Notes: generated by a model not told the origin, from the letters alone. A DNA stretch of 63,871 nucleotides, filler included, from Octopus bimaculoides (GCF_001194135.2; 4 parts of 4 records of this genome joined end to end with filler, not necessarily neighbours in it); one strand, 5' to 3'; shown: positions 1 through 12,965, numbered from the whole stretch's first letter. Program-made: numbers and translations.

Positions 1-1109
1 TAGGCTGGAACAGCTTCTCTGACTTGTGGGACTCGCACTTGCATGAAAACAATTTTTGAACGAAAGTTCTACTTCTCTGGCCAGTGGCTTAATCTGTTTT
101 CAACCTGAAATAATTACATCATAAAAGAGTCATGAAAGCCATTTAAAATACACATATACCATTCTATTGACTTTGTTTTCTTTTCTTTTCGTGATAATAT
201 ATTTTATAATATAATGTGTGAAATAATTTCATAGTAAATCTATTACTGAACTATTAACGCAAATTACATTGCAACTGTTGAATTTCAGATGCTTTCCATT
301 TTTTATTCACCTTAGGAAAATTTACATTCTTTGTTCCTTCTTTTTTTTTTCTAAAAAAAAAAAAAAAGGTAGTAAAGTACGAAACAGTTTTGTATTTCTT
401 TATTACATTCTTCTGGACTGTTCGAAGCGGTTAATGACTTCTGTATGCCAATTTCATATATAAAGTAATTATTTTGTGATGCCTTTGGTGGATTTCCTGG
501 AAAATAGACTGCTAAATAGAGTACATCTTAGGTATATAAAACTACGAATACATTCCATTGTTCACCTTTATTTATTTGCGTGGGTGATACTTTTCTTCTG
601 AATTTGTTTTCTGTATAATTATAGAAACATCTAAAACACGTGCCAAAAAATATCGACAAATTACAAGTGAAACAGCTAATCTCAGAGAACTACTAAAATC
701 AAACCAGTGCAACACAAACGGGGTGTATACTCGGCTGTATCTAGATGTTTAAGTAATTTTCTTAACAATCACACAGTTCCGGGTTCCATCTCACTATGAT
801 GCAGCGATTCAGGTTGGACAAGTTTCTGCTACACTAGCTCGATTGATAAATACTTCGTGAATTGAAAGTGGCAGAAGGCGTATATATGTGAGCGAGCGAA
901 GAAGACAGTGAACACTTGTGTGTATGTATGTGTATGTATATCTTTTCGCATATGGACATCGGTGAAAGATGTAAACCGAAAATTGGTGCTTTAAAAAGAA
1001 ACCTACTGATATATTTATTCTACACCAAACAAAATACACTCCCTTCTTATTATCGTCCCCAGAAAAGAAATGAGTCTTCGAGTGGTCATTTCAAAAGTTA
1101 CAAGCAACG

Positions 1110-1576
1110 ATTATACTAGTACCAAATTTTTGCACAAGGCCAGCAATTTCGGGAACCGGTCTATTACACTGGGGTCTATAACACCGATCCCAGTGTTCAA
1201 CTGGTACTTATTTCACTGACGTCGAAAGAACGAAAGGCTAAGTCGAACTCCGGTGGAATTTGAACTCAGAAAGTAAAGGCGTACGAAATGCCGCTAAGCG
1301 TTTTGCCCGGCGTGCAAACGATTCTGCTAGATTGCCGTCTTCATAACCAACGATGATATTTTTTTCTACTCTACGCACAAAGCCCGAAATTTTTGGGGAG
1401 GGGGCCAGTCGATTAGATCGACTCCAGTATGCAACTGGAACTTAATATACCGACCACGAAAGGATGAAAGGCAAAGTCAACCTCGGTGGAATTTGATCTA
1501 AGAACGTAAAGACAGACGAAATACCAGTCAGCAGCATTTCACCCAGCGTGCTAACGTTTCTGTCAGCTCGCCACCC
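1110..1576 (-). mobile_element. Two tandem tRNA-derived SINE copies (family A, head GGCGGCGAGCTGGCAGAA)
   Basis: Shared core ATCGACCCCGAAAGGATGAAAGGCAAAGTCGACCTCGGCGGAATTTGAACTC seen many times in the window. A/B-box-like motifs on the minus strand. Confidence 0.85.
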
Positions 1577-1992
1577 TGTAACCAACAATGATATTGCCAC
1601 CAAAATAGGATATGAAGTCAAATAAAAGCAAACACCTAAACAAAGAAATGACAGAAAACAAGGAAAAGGAAATCTATTTTATTGCATAATTGGCATCAAA
1701 ATCATAAACCACAACACCATATACTCTATTATATTTTATCAAAATCCAGTGTCCTTTCCAATTTATAACGCATCTCCCAAACATCACAGTATCATACAAA
1801 CCTGATTCAAAATATTCGCGACGATTTTACTAATAATCTCATTAGCAATATGAACTATTGAAAATTAGAAAAATGGTTAAACATAGAGCCTTAAATTTAA
1901 TACTAGATCTGCTCGGACTTTACTTCTGAATTAGATAATGTCTTGAGAAAAAAAAAATAGATCTATCACTGCTAATATAACGGATGGAACCA

Positions 1993-2378
1993 GGCGGCGA
2001 GCTAGCTGAATCGTTACAACGCCGGGCAAAATGCTTAGCGGTATCCCGTCCGTTGATTTGCCTTTCACTTTTTCGGAGTCGATAAAATATGTACAAGAGT
2101 TGAGTGCTGGGTCAATGCAATCGACTTAATACCTGCCACCTCCAAAATGTCTGGCCTTGTGCCAAAATTTGAAATCAGTATTGGTACTAGACAAGGCGGC
2201 GAGCTGGCATGCTGGAGACAATGCTTTGCAGCAGTTCGTCCGTCTTTACATTCTGAGTTCAAATGCCGCCGAGGTCGACTTTGCCTTTCATCCTTCCGAG
2301 GCCGTTAAAATAAGTATCAGCTAAGCTCTGGAGGTCAGTTAAACTTGCTGGCCTTGTGCCAAGATTTGAAACCAATAT
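1993..2378 (+). mobile_element. Two tandem family-A SINE copies (first internally deleted)
   Basis: Heads at about 1993 and 2195 (GGCGGCGAGCT...), B-box-like GAGTTCAAAT, shared 3' GGCCTTGTGCCAA. Confidence 0.85.
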
Positions 2379-2829
2379 CTTATCATGTATTCGAAAGATT
2401 TCTCCCCATTACTTTTCCGGTGGATTCAAAGAAAATATAGACGAAAAGAAAAATAATTTTAATATTACATGTTTGTTGTCAGATGTTAGAGTTTGTGGCG
2501 AACGAAAATCGCTGTTCTATGAATAAATAATGTCTTCGCTTAGAAAAGAAACATCATAAAACTGGTTCTAAATTTTATAACGGTGAATAGAAGTTTACTT
2601 ATTTTTAGTAAATGAGAGAGACATAAAGAACAAAAAGATCGCAACTGAAATGTAATCGGAGAAAAGAACAGAAGTATTTGAGTAAGAAAATTGGCATTTG
2701 ATAGCAGACGTTTTCAGTTATAAATTATTTTTAAATATCAGTAAATGCAAATATATGACCATATGTGAATAAATATACGAACGTAAGAGATCTCTATTAC
2801 TATTCCTTATATTTATGCATGTGAGAAGA

Positions 2830-2873
<44 letters not shown>

Positions 2874-3029
2874 GAAATTAAACTAACAAAAATATTCTTT
2901 GTATTTTCGTACTTTTGTTTATGTTATTTTATAACTGCATACATATTACAAATGTACACACTGGCGTACACACTGCATACAAATTAAACATGTACACACG
3001 CACTTGGAATGCGCTTGTTATATATATAT

Positions 3030-3102
<73 letters not shown>

Positions 3103-3210
3103 ACAGTGTTCAGAGCATGAACGAGAGCACACACACACACACACACTGGTATATATTTTCATTTATGCTTTGCGTTCCAACTAAACATTAAACAACATGA
3201 CATTTCTTTC

Positions 3211-3251
<41 letters not shown>

Positions 3252-3515
3252 CTCTACTTCCTTCACACTTCTCCGTTTCTCTCTGTATATCCACCCTTAG
3301 TAAATGTCACCAGAAAACTGCTGTTGAAACATTAACATTTTTACGTGAGTGTTATGAATTCACAACTTTCGGGCTTCGTCAATATAAATGAAAAATAAAT
3401 CATACGAATAACAACAAAACGACAGACAACAATTATGAAGTCTATTTACAACTGTGGACAATCATTCAGAAGTTCTTCAGGAGTAGATATCTTCGTCTTT
3501 GGTTCTCATAAAAAT

Positions 3516-3800
3516 TGTGTGGTAAGAAGTTTGTTTCCTCACCGCACAGTTCCGGGTTCAGTCCCACAGCACGGCACCTTGGGTTCGTGTCTTCTACGCT
3601 AGCTTCGGGCCGACCAAAGCCTTGTGAGCAGATTTGGTAGAGAGAAACTGAAAGACAATCGTATATCTATGTGTGTGTGTGTGTGTGTGTTTCTGTGTGT
3701 CCGTGTCCCACAGCCGCTTGACAGCCAGTTTTGGTTTTGTTTACGTACCCATGACATAGCGGTACGGCGTGAAATACCGATAGAATAAGAACCAGGCTTC
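3516..3800 (+). mobile_element. tRNA-derived SINE family B (GTGTGGTAAGAAG...GGCACCTTGGG..., central (TG)n)
   Basis: Matches more than 10 other copies in the window. B-box-like GGTTCAGTCC. Confidence 0.85.
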
Positions 3801-4232
3801 AAATTTGGTGGAAGTGTATAAGTATAGTCCTATAATACATGAAGTGTTGAAACAGCTGTATTCTTAGAACGTCGAACAAAATGCTTTGTCTTTATTGAGT
3901 AACAGCATTTTCAAATCCTATCGAAGCCCTTTTTATCGTCCATATTATTGGAATCAATAAATAAAGTTTCCTGCCAAGTACTGGAGTCAATTTAAATATA
4001 AAGCTTCCCAGAATCGAACAGAATTATATTAGAAAAATAAGAAACCAATCATTTACTGGTGCTTTATTTTATCGATCCATAAACGATGAAAGGCCAATAA
4101 ACTTCGGCAGAATCTGAACGCAGAGTGCAAAAGGACACATCACGACTCAACATTTTACTACTTTAAGCCAGACTCCCGTTCCAATGCCAAACTTCAGTCA
4201 TGACGAAGTAATCATTAATTTACATTAAATAA

Positions 4233-4452
4233 GGCGGCGAACTGGCAGATTCGTTAGGACGCCGGGCGAAATGCTTAGCGATATTTCGTCTACCACTACG
4301 TTCTGAGTTTAATTTCCGCCGAGGTCGATTTTACCTTTCATCCTTTCAAGGTCGATTAAATAACTATCAGTTACGCACTAGGGTCGGTGTAATCGACTTA
4401 ATCCTTTTCCCCCACAAAATATGAAGCCTTGTGCTTCCAGTAGAAAGAATTA
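4233..4452 (+). mobile_element. Family-A SINE, near full length
   Basis: Head GGCGGCGAACTGGCAGATTCG through tail GTAGAAAGAATT, with CpGs intact. Confidence 0.88.
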
Positions 4453-4774
4453 CTTTAACTATTATTATTTTTAGATTCATATTCTGAAGACCATGCATCT
4501 TTTAATTTTTATTTGTTTCAGTCATTAGGCTGCCACCTCTGCGTTTGAATGGCATTCATTTTATCGGGACCCTAAATGAGTGAAAGCTGAGGTTGACTTG
4601 GACATGATTTGAACTCCGAACGTAAAAATCCGGAAGAAATACTGCGATGCATTTTTTTCTTTTTTCTTTTGCTCGACGTGATAATGATTCTGCTAGATCA
4701 CCACCTTCATTTCTTCGGCAAAAATAACAGTAATAATAATAACAACAATAACAGTAATTTTCAAATAAATAGGT

Positions 4775-4780
4775 TTTATT
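4775..4780 (-). terminator. Candidate polyadenylation signal (AATAAA) of the GPCR gene
   Basis: Plus-strand TTTATT about 130 nt downstream of the GPCR stop. The hexamer is common in AT-rich DNA, so support is weak. Confidence 0.3.
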
Positions 4781-4906
4781 TTTTTACAATTTGTCCTAAT
4801 TTCCACTTTGCGTCTCCATATGCAATCATTGAAGTGTAACTGTTTACCGTACCTTTAAAAAAGCTTCCTTTAAATAATGCTTTTTCTTTTTTTTTTTACT
4901 TTTCCT

Positions 4907-5569
4907 TCAGTTGTCACTGAAGTCTATAGGCATAGTCTTTTGTGTTTCTGATTTTTCACTACTTCTCGTTATTTTCAGAACCATTTCATTGATTTGTTTT
5001 GTAACTGCATTCCTAATATCACGATCGATAAACCAAAATGTTGGAATTATTCCGGCGCTGCATAAAGACAAATAGGAAAATATTTCTATAATCGCCCATA
5101 GTATATTACTCTTGTTTTCAACTGAAGTCCTCATCAGATGCAAATGAAAGCATTTGAGAATAAATACAGTTGATGCAAATATGCAGTTTGCAATTATACC
5201 TGCAATTAATGAGCTACGAATCAGCTGACGGTCGGCGTTCGTAAGCAGACGATACGACATTAAACCGCGGGATTGGAGTAAGCAGACGATCACAATCGTC
5301 GTACTGGTGGTTGTCATTAAGCTCAACACAAAAGTAAGCCACTGGAAACCTAAGTTGGTCTCTTGATTAAGAGTGAAGTCACATTCGTAATATATTTGAT
5401 TGGAGTTATTGTAAAAACCAAGGAAATATATCGGCATCACGGTAATAACTGTTCCTAACCATGGTATGTATAGCAGAAGACTAGAACCAAAGTTATTCAC
5501 TCTTTGTAAGTAACGGTATGGATTGGTCGCCTGAAGAACTCGGTCGATGCTGATCGCAAACATATGTAA
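4907..5569 (-). CDS. Class A orphan GPCR, coding exon 2 (end of TM3 through TM7, helix 8, C-tail; 220 codons + TGA)
   Basis: Acceptor TTTTCATTCTATTTTCAG (AG 5571-5570), phase 0. Encodes LHMFAISIDRVLQATNPYRY (DRY-like DRV), W4.50 (IPW), ECL2 Cys (YECDF), four further hydrophobic segments and helix-8-like DRDIRNAV. Joining to exon 1 places R3.50 exactly 25 residues after C3.25. Confidence 0.88.
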   Translation of the reverse strand, partial: LHMFAISIDRVLQATNPYRYLQRVNNFGSSLLLYIPWLGTVITVMPIYFLGFYNNSNQIYYECDFTLNQETNLGFQWLTFVLSLMTTTSTTIVIVCLLQSRGLMSYRLLTNADRQLIRSSLIAGIIANCIFASTVFILKCFHLHLMRTSVENKSNILWAIIEIFSYLSLCSAGIIPTFWFIDRDIRNAVTKQINEMVLKITRSSEKSETQKTMPIDFSDN

Positions 5570-5927
5570 CTGAAAATAGAATGAAAACAAGAATACGTCG
5601 TAAAGATCAAAGAATTAAATTAAATGCTTTCTTCCGATTTAAATTTATTTCAACAGAAAGTACAAGACTATCGATATGATAAATTATACATTAGTGCAAT
5701 ATTCAATACGAAATAAGTATTATGTATTCATATATGCATATTTCTTTCGCCATTCTTTCCAAATTCCTCAACAAAGAAATACAGTCGGACTATGACTAAA
5801 GACAAAAGCCACTTTCGAGGCAATTTTGACATCGGTGAACTAACAGACTTTATATGCTAAACTCTTTGCATATATTCCTTTTTCCATATTTGGAGTGAAT
5901 CTGCCGTTCCAGCCGCTATTCCTTTTC

Positions 5928-5958
<31 letters not shown>

Positions 5959-7204
5959 GCATGCACAATCGCGCGGACACACATATATATGCGCACTCGC
6001 ACGTACACACACATGCAATTGCGCTCATTTACATACGGATTGATATATCAAAATGCTTATGACTTATCGTGGGATATATTGTCATGGATATAAATCTGAA
6101 TATAACTGATCTTTATTCATTCGGCCTACTTTGTGAGATATCAGTTCAACCACCGTCTATCTGTTTTTTTTTTATTAATCCACCTTTCCAGCTATTCATG
6201 TATCTTTCCTTCCATCAGCTAATATAATATCTACAGAAAAAAAAAAGATATATCCAAATATATATAACAAATTATCTACATATGAAGAGTATACGCCGAC
6301 ATTTAGAAGCAAAATAGTCGTGGGCTTTATCTGTTGTACATCCGTCTGTGCTTCATTACTCAAATTTGATCTCCGATCCTTTGCTCATGCTGAATGGCTA
6401 TCTTCTGCTAGTGACTTTCTAATTAACGACACAAAATAAACTACATCTCCAACATTCTTACGTAAAATGTTACTGTAATTTGGATTATTTAATTTTCATA
6501 CAAACTTATGTGAGAATTGTAAAGAGACATATATATGAAATGCAATGTAGCTTGCATTAAATATATACGTAGCCACTTGTAAAATTGCCTGAAGTATGAA
6601 GGTCAAAGAGAAAATAGAATAAAATGTAGGAGATAAACAACAATAGACACAGAAAAAGGAGAATTCTGTACGAGATTGAAACAGGTTATTTAGAAAGGAA
6701 TTCCTTGGAAATTCATGTCTGAAGATGGCCATGGTTGCATGCTGAGAACAATGAAGGTGTTTATCAGTTTCCACGATATGTCTATCCTCTGTTAAATATA
6801 TCTGGAAATTCTGAATTCCGAATTCATTGGTAAATTTGACCCACGGCAGTACTTTCGGTACCTTGGCACAAAAAGCCAGTGGAAGGGTTTTAATGTTATT
6901 TTAACATTTAAATATTCTATATTGTTGAAGGCACAGGTCTAGTGGTTAGGGTGTTGTGGTACATTGTGTTTTTGAACAAAACACTTCATTTCTCGTTCCT
7001 CTGCGCGGGGTACACCGGGGCACGTACATTTGTGCAGGTCTTTCGGCAGGTCTTCTTTTGTGCAGGTCTTTCTTTTTGTCATTGAGGTGGTTCTCAGGTG
7101 TGTTAAAAATAATAGGTAAAGACGTTTTTGGATAAATCTCATAAGTTCGTGCTATCGCAATGCTTAAAACTACAAAAAACAAGTTGCTTACTCTTTCTTG
7201 ACAA

Positions 7205-7440
7205 ACGTGCTATTTTCAGGATATTGACGACAAAATGTGCGATCACGCACAAAATGACAGCTTCCTAATCTTGTTTTCTGACCGTGTGAAAATGATCAAA
7301 CTTTAAACCGCTATAACTTTTTAAACACATTTTTCTGGAAAAAGTGAAATAACTGCAGCAATTCAGCTTGGAAAAGTATATCAATGTTCCAAATTTAAAA
7401 ATTTTCGAAATGCTGGCAACCAACCCCAAAGGATCCACAA
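7205..7440 (+). repeat. Unclassified interspersed repeat (probable non-autonomous DNA transposon)
   Basis: Homologous to about 11240-11335 and 13430-13670 (ACAGCTTCCxAATCxTGxTTTCTGAC...AAAAxGATCAAACTTT). Confidence 0.6.
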
Positions 7441-7451
7441 TATTTTATGAG

Positions 7452-7745
7452 GATGCATGGCCTAGTGGTTAGGATGTTGCACTCACAATTGCGAGATCGT
7501 GGTTTCAATTCCTAGACGAGGCAGTGCATTGTTTTCTTGAGCAAAACACCTCATCTCATGTTGTTCTGCCGTCACTTCGACACCTGATGTGTGGTACACT
7601 GTGCACCTGTCTAGGCAACGTCGATTTGATGGAGGGAGTGAAGTAATGGATAGCACATACCTTTGATCACTATAAGCAAATCATTTGTGTAGGTCGTTCG
7701 GAAAAAGTTGAACGCTCATACATTCTCTTCGAAGGGAGAGTCCGC
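7452..7745 (+). mobile_element. tRNA-derived SINE (TGGCCTAGTGGTTAGG head; related partial copy at about 6935-7090)
   Basis: A-box-like TGGCCTAGTGG and B-box-like GGTTTCAATTCC, followed by a CTTGAGCAAAACAC body. Confidence 0.7.
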
Positions 7746-8938
7746 TATAAAAATAGCAATTTATCTTGGTCACTCATCGTCCATCTCCCCAAACTCATAA
7801 TCATACCTGAAAGTTACGTCTTAAAATGTAAAACATATAACACAGGTCATTTACATAATAGTATATAGCTGAAGGCCATTCCATCAATAATTAATGGACT
7901 ATCGAGTATATAGGAGTTGATATACGAATATATTGATGGCTTTCGTTATTTGAAATGAATTAATCGACAGAAATGACCCTTGCCGTATTAAATGTTGTTA
8001 AGTGTTAGCTGAACATTATTTTATTGCACAAGCAAAGGAGACTACTTCGAATGTTTAAAGCCAATAATCACTGTTTGTAATATAAACGGTTAATGTGATT
8101 GGCCAGGTCTTTGCAGCATGAGTTCAAATCTTGCCGAAGTCAACTTTGCTTTTTTTTTATTTCTGATGTCGATAAACTAAAAGACTAGTGTGATTTAATC
8201 GACTACATTTTCCCCTCAAATTTCTGCTCGTGACTATACAAGAAATTATTGTTAGCAAACACAACAGAAAGCGTCCTCCTGTTTATATTGAAATGTTTGA
8301 TGTATTTCTATTGGGAAGTGGTTATTTATAAAATTACAAGAAAGATTATACTGTATAATAATTCATTTTCTAAGCTTGTGGGGTTTTTTTGCATTAATAG
8401 CAGCATTAGTAGTAGTAGTAGTAATAGTAGTAGTTGCTGTTATTGTTGTTTAGTTGCTGGCTGAACCGTAAGCAGTAGGAGTAACACGATGTATGTACAC
8501 ATGTCTGAGTCGAAGATAACATTCAGATAAGTTTTTGACACCAGGTCAAAGAGTACAAATTTATCAAACTACACCGCGCAGCGTTCTGTTATGAGATGTT
8601 TGGCCTCCTCAAGCTTTGACTGAGTGAGAGTGGTGGTGGTGGTGGTGGGGGGGGTGATGAGGTTGTAGAGTGAAAAAGAGAAAAGGAGAGTGGGGGTAGA
8701 AAGAACTGATCGTTCACGCGTGAAGTTAACATTCAAGAAATTTATGATTCCTTTTTCTGATGAAGGCCGGTAGAAGAAGAGAACTGGCGAAGAGTATAAA
8801 GAGAATAAAGAAGACGTTATTAGAAGAGAGGCGGTAGAGACAGAAGGGGAATGTGTGTTAGAGAGACTGAAGAAAAAGTTGAAGATGTAACCTTGGTTTC
8901 TAATAGTCACACACACACGCAAACACATTCCACGCTCA

Positions 8939-8979
8939 CTTATATATGCTGTGGAAGAATTTCTATAGCACACGTCATC
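8939..8979 (-). promoter_or_regulatory. TATA box plus CRE/ATF-like element inside the GPCR intron
   Basis: Minus strand reads GATGACGTG, then about 25 nt later TATATAAG, followed by a CT-rich tract. Motif match only. Confidence 0.25.
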
Positions 8980-9054
8980 ACTGTCGTATGTGTGCCGTTA
9001 ATTGCGACAAGGTGAATTTGAATATCATGTTATAAACAAGTAATGTATTAATTA

Positions 9055-9255
9055 TTTCTCTTACTTGTGTCAGTCACTGGACTGTAGTCATCCTCGAGCA
9101 CCACTTTGAAAGGTTTAGTCGAATAAATCGACTCCGGTAAGTTTCTTTTTTTTTTTAAAGTCTGGTACCTATTCTATTAATCCTTCTTTACCGAACCACT
9201 CAGTTACGGGGATGTAAACAAACCAACACCAGTTGTCAAGCAGTCGTTGGGGACA
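9055..9255 (-). mobile_element. Family-B SINE 3' half
   Basis: Reverse complement of the GGTGCTCCAGCATGGCC...GACTGAAACAAGTAA tail. Confidence 0.8.
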
Positions 9256-9911
9256 AACACGTACACAAACACACAAATACACACGCACACAGCCACATAA
9301 CGACACACATGCTTTGCTTGAACTGTTCTTTTCTTTCTCTTTCGACTTTGTCCTTTTTCCTTTCTCTCATGAAAGGTCATGCTCGAAATGTCACACCTTT
9401 TTTTCCATCATAAACTTTATCTGAGCGTCAATCTAATACATTCATTGTGTATGCCCCTTTCACATTTGTTCTTTTCCTGTTTTCGTTTTCTATTTGCCTA
9501 TATATATNNNNNNNNNNNNNNNNNNNNNNNNNNNNNNNNNNNNNNNNNNNNNNNNNNNNNNNNNNNNNNNNNNNNNNNNNNNNNNNNNNNNNNNNNNNNN
9601 NNNNNNNNNNNNNNNNNNNNNNNNNNNNNNNNNNNNNNNNNNNNNNNNNNNNNNNNNNNNNNNNNNNNNNNNNNNNNNNNNNNNNNNNNNNNNNNNNNNN
9701 NNNNNNNNNNNNNNNNNNNNNNNNNNNNNNNNNNNNNNNNNNNNNNNNNNNNNNNNNNNNNNNNNNNNNNNNNNNNNNNNNNNNNNNNNNNNNNNNNNNN
9801 NNNNNNNNNNNNNNNNNNNNNNNNNNNNNNNNNNNNNNNNNNNNNNNNNNNGTTTTGGAAAAAGCAGTATTTTAAAAATGAAATAAAATTAAATTAATTA
9901 AAAAAAAAATA

Positions 9912-10468
9912 CAGTAGAATTCGCCTAATTAGTCATCCCGAGGAAAAAATTGAAAGTGACGAATTAGGTGAAGTAACAAATTAACCAAAGACGAATTTAA
10001 CTTACGATTTATTTGTCAGATAATTTTTTTTTTATGTGGAAGAATTGACTGAGTATATGGTTGATTTGAAACCATTTAATGACCATTCTACTGCATTTAT
10101 TATTAAATTTGTTTTTGTAATGGGATTTCAATTCAAGTGAAAAAAGCATCTTGTGCAATATTATTTACAGTTTCATATTTTATTGTTTGTACTTGATACA
10201 ACTAAATAAAATGACTATTTTAATTGTATATTTCAGAAGACATGATTAAAATTGTTTTTTGGTTTAAACTTATTTTTGATTATTTTTGTACCATGTTTTA
10301 AATAATTTACTTGTATTTAGATTCTCATAATAAGTAAAATAAATTATCTCAAATTTACCGAATGTATTTCAATTTTTAAAATGTTATTCTCGGTTGCAAT
10401 ATTTTAAGTACAGCAGAATTTTAATTTTAAGTACTTTTTAGAGGTGACGAATTAGGCAAATTCAACTG
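9912..10468. mobile_element. 557-bp MITE, Tc1/mariner superfamily (pogo/Tigger-like)
   Basis: About 26-bp terminal inverted repeats (CAGTAGAATTCGCCTAATTAGTCATC and GGTGACGAATTAGGCAAATTCAACTG, few mismatches). TA dinucleotide on both flanks, AT-rich non-coding interior. Confidence 0.8.
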
Positions 10469-11429
10469 TAGAAATCTTGTTCTGTACTTTTCCAGGTGTA
10501 ATAACTTAAGAATATTATCATGCATGCGTCTGCATTTTTCATTGTAATCCACTATTTTTTTTTCCTGACAATGCAATAAAATTAATAAATATTTGAATTA
10601 AATGAAACCTGCTTGTATATTTATATTCTTTAGAATTAAAAATTTTTAGAATAATGAGAAATGTAATTATGACATTTTTATATTGAAACAAAGTGCATAA
10701 TACGAACGCGCCATAAAAGAAAGAGCAAACATTCATTATGAAAAAAAAAATTTATGAATATTAATGCAATGCTAATTTTATGATAAAATCAAGAAATAGA
10801 TTAGCTATATCTATATATAGTTAGAAGAGCTAGCTATAAGAGGCATGAGCATATATAAAAATTCAAAAATAGCCAATGCAGCCACCGTAAGGCAAGAGGG
10901 GCCACCTGCCCTTGTTAGGGCAAAGTTAGTCGAAATTCATGCAAAAGGAAAATAATGCCTGCAATTCAGCTATTGCTTTTGTCAACTTGCCTGAAAACAA
11001 AAGATCCGAATCCTGCTACTCTGAAAATCCAATCATGCTATCTGAAAGCAAAAACCTTGTCACTTTACCCTAAGAAATAATAATCTAAATTCTGCTCCTC
11101 TTAATATTTAAAAGCAAATAAAAAACTTACTAAAACTTCAGAAGTTCTTACAACTTTGGTCGTCGTAATGCTTTGCTTTCGATTGTTTAATAAAAATTCC
11201 TCCTCGTATAATGATTTTGCTTTCATTTTGTGATAGACAACTATCGTGAAGAAGATGCCAGCTTCTAAATCTTGTTATCTGATTTGATAAAAATGATTAA
11301 ACTTTAAACCTCAGTAACATTTTTCTGCAATAAGTATGTATCTGTGTGTGACCGTTTATTTACGATGGTCAACAAAAAAGAGTCCACTTGTCATCAATTG
11401 TTGTCAACGTACCCCGCTCTCTCCTTAAA

Positions 11430-12800
11430 GCTACGTATTCGTCACGCTCACCTTTGTTGCTCTTCATGGGCGTTTTAAAAGTTACTTATGTGTATGTATT
11501 TGCGTGTATTTACGAAAGTATGTATGCAGCGTCGCGTGTATATCCCTGAATTCAATTTCAGGCGTTATTCTCTTTTTGACCTTACATATTTGAAATCTCA
11601 ACTTTTTCTCTACTGAACTAATTTTCAAATTTTTTGGCTCAAAATGTAGCTTAGGAGGTGACCAATCTAAAAATGTATAAACATCGTCAAATTTGATAAA
11701 GAACTTAATTAGGGACAAAGTCTAGAAGTGGTCACGAGTGAGTGACTTTAAAAATATTATTCACACACGGCAGTGTGTGAATGATTTTTATTACAATACA
11801 GTGTATTCTATAAATACGAGGTATGTCTTTACAAGATACCTAAATACTGAATTGAATCAAACATTTTGCAATGTTGGTTTCCAATTCTGGCAGGAGGCCA
11901 TCAGATCGGGAGAAGAGGGAAGTTGATTACATCGATCTCAGTGCTCAGCTGATACTCATTTTATCGAGTACCGAAAAGATAAAAGCAAAGACGACCTTGG
12001 CGGAATTTGAACTCAGAATGTAGAGACAGACAAAATGCCGCGAAGCTTTCACACTGCGTGTTAACGACTCTACTAGCTCGTCGTCTTGGTACCGTAATAA
12101 GTAATAATATTTCTTGAAAATTATTTTCACGTACTTTTGGCACATTTAGCTTATATAATAACTTATTTCATTTCGAATATTTTTTGAAAAGATTAGTACC
12201 ACGACACTCATTTTGATGAGTTCTATCATATGAGGTAAAAAAAAATTTTTTAAGTTCTGAATTTGATTTTAGGCGTTACCACTTTTTTCGGCACAGTTGG
12301 CCCCAGTAGTTTTTTTTTTCTTTTAATTTTAAAATTTGTTTTGATATAATTGGCATCATCAGATTCCTCTAGTGGAGATCTATCAGAATATTGAATTTAA
12401 ATATAGTTTTCTTTTGAAATAAGAATAATATTTAGAGAAAAAGTCGATTTCAAGCGTTACGCTTCTTTTTTTTTTTTTTGTCGCCGGTTTTTACCTTAGT
12501 ACTTTTTCTCTACTGCATATTTTTGCATATAAGTAACATGGATAGATTCCTCTCACCGAGATCTATCATATAAGCTAAAATAAAATATAGATTTCTTTAA
12601 AAAGAAATGTTTGGACTCAAAATCGATTTCAGGCGTTGCTCTCCTAGCTGAAAATGTAGCTTAGGATGTGACCTATCTAAAAATGCAAACACCATCAAAT
12701 TCGGTTAAAAACTTAGTTATTGACAAAGCATAGAAGTGGTCGCGAGTGACTAGATTTTGACATGAAGAATATTACTCACGCACTACCGTGTTTGAAATGA
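11430..12800 (+). mobile_element. Two related non-autonomous rolling-circle-like (Helentron/HINE-like) remnants interrupted by a SINE
   Basis: Shared 3' block (AAAATGTAGCTTAGGA...AGAAGTGGTC[A/G]CGAGTGA) at about 11640-11785 and 12650-12800. Perfect hairpin ATTCACACAC-GGCA-GTGTGTGAAT at 11759-11782. About three degenerate internal units at 12200-12640. Superfamily assignment is inferred. Confidence 0.45.
11870..12090 (-). mobile_element. Family-A SINE
   Basis: Same core as the other family-A copies. Confidence 0.8.
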
Positions 12801-12809
12801 TATATTCTT

Positions 12810-12965
12810 TTATTCTTTTACTTGTTTCAGTCAGGGTTTTAGTCAACAGAGTCGACCCCAGAACTTATTCTTTGTAAGCCTAGTACTTATTCTATCGGTG
12901 TCTTTGGCCGAACCGGTCAGTTACGGGGGTCATAAATACACCAGCATCGGTTGTCAAGCGTTTGG
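12810..12965 (-). mobile_element. Family-B SINE 3' fragment
   Basis: CTTATTCTTTGTAAGCCTAGTACTTATTCTATCGGT...GGTTGTCAAGCG. Confidence 0.8.

Noticed and set aside
70-105. Minus-strand acceptor followed by VENRLSHWPEK* (possible terminal exon)
   Set aside because: No upstream partner exon identified, and the GPCR already terminates at 4907.
5114-5137. CTGATGAGGACTTCAGTTGAAAAC on the minus strand, resembling a hammerhead core
   Set aside because: It lies in GPCR coding sequence (LMRTSVEN), stem II does not pair properly, and no stems I/III are present.
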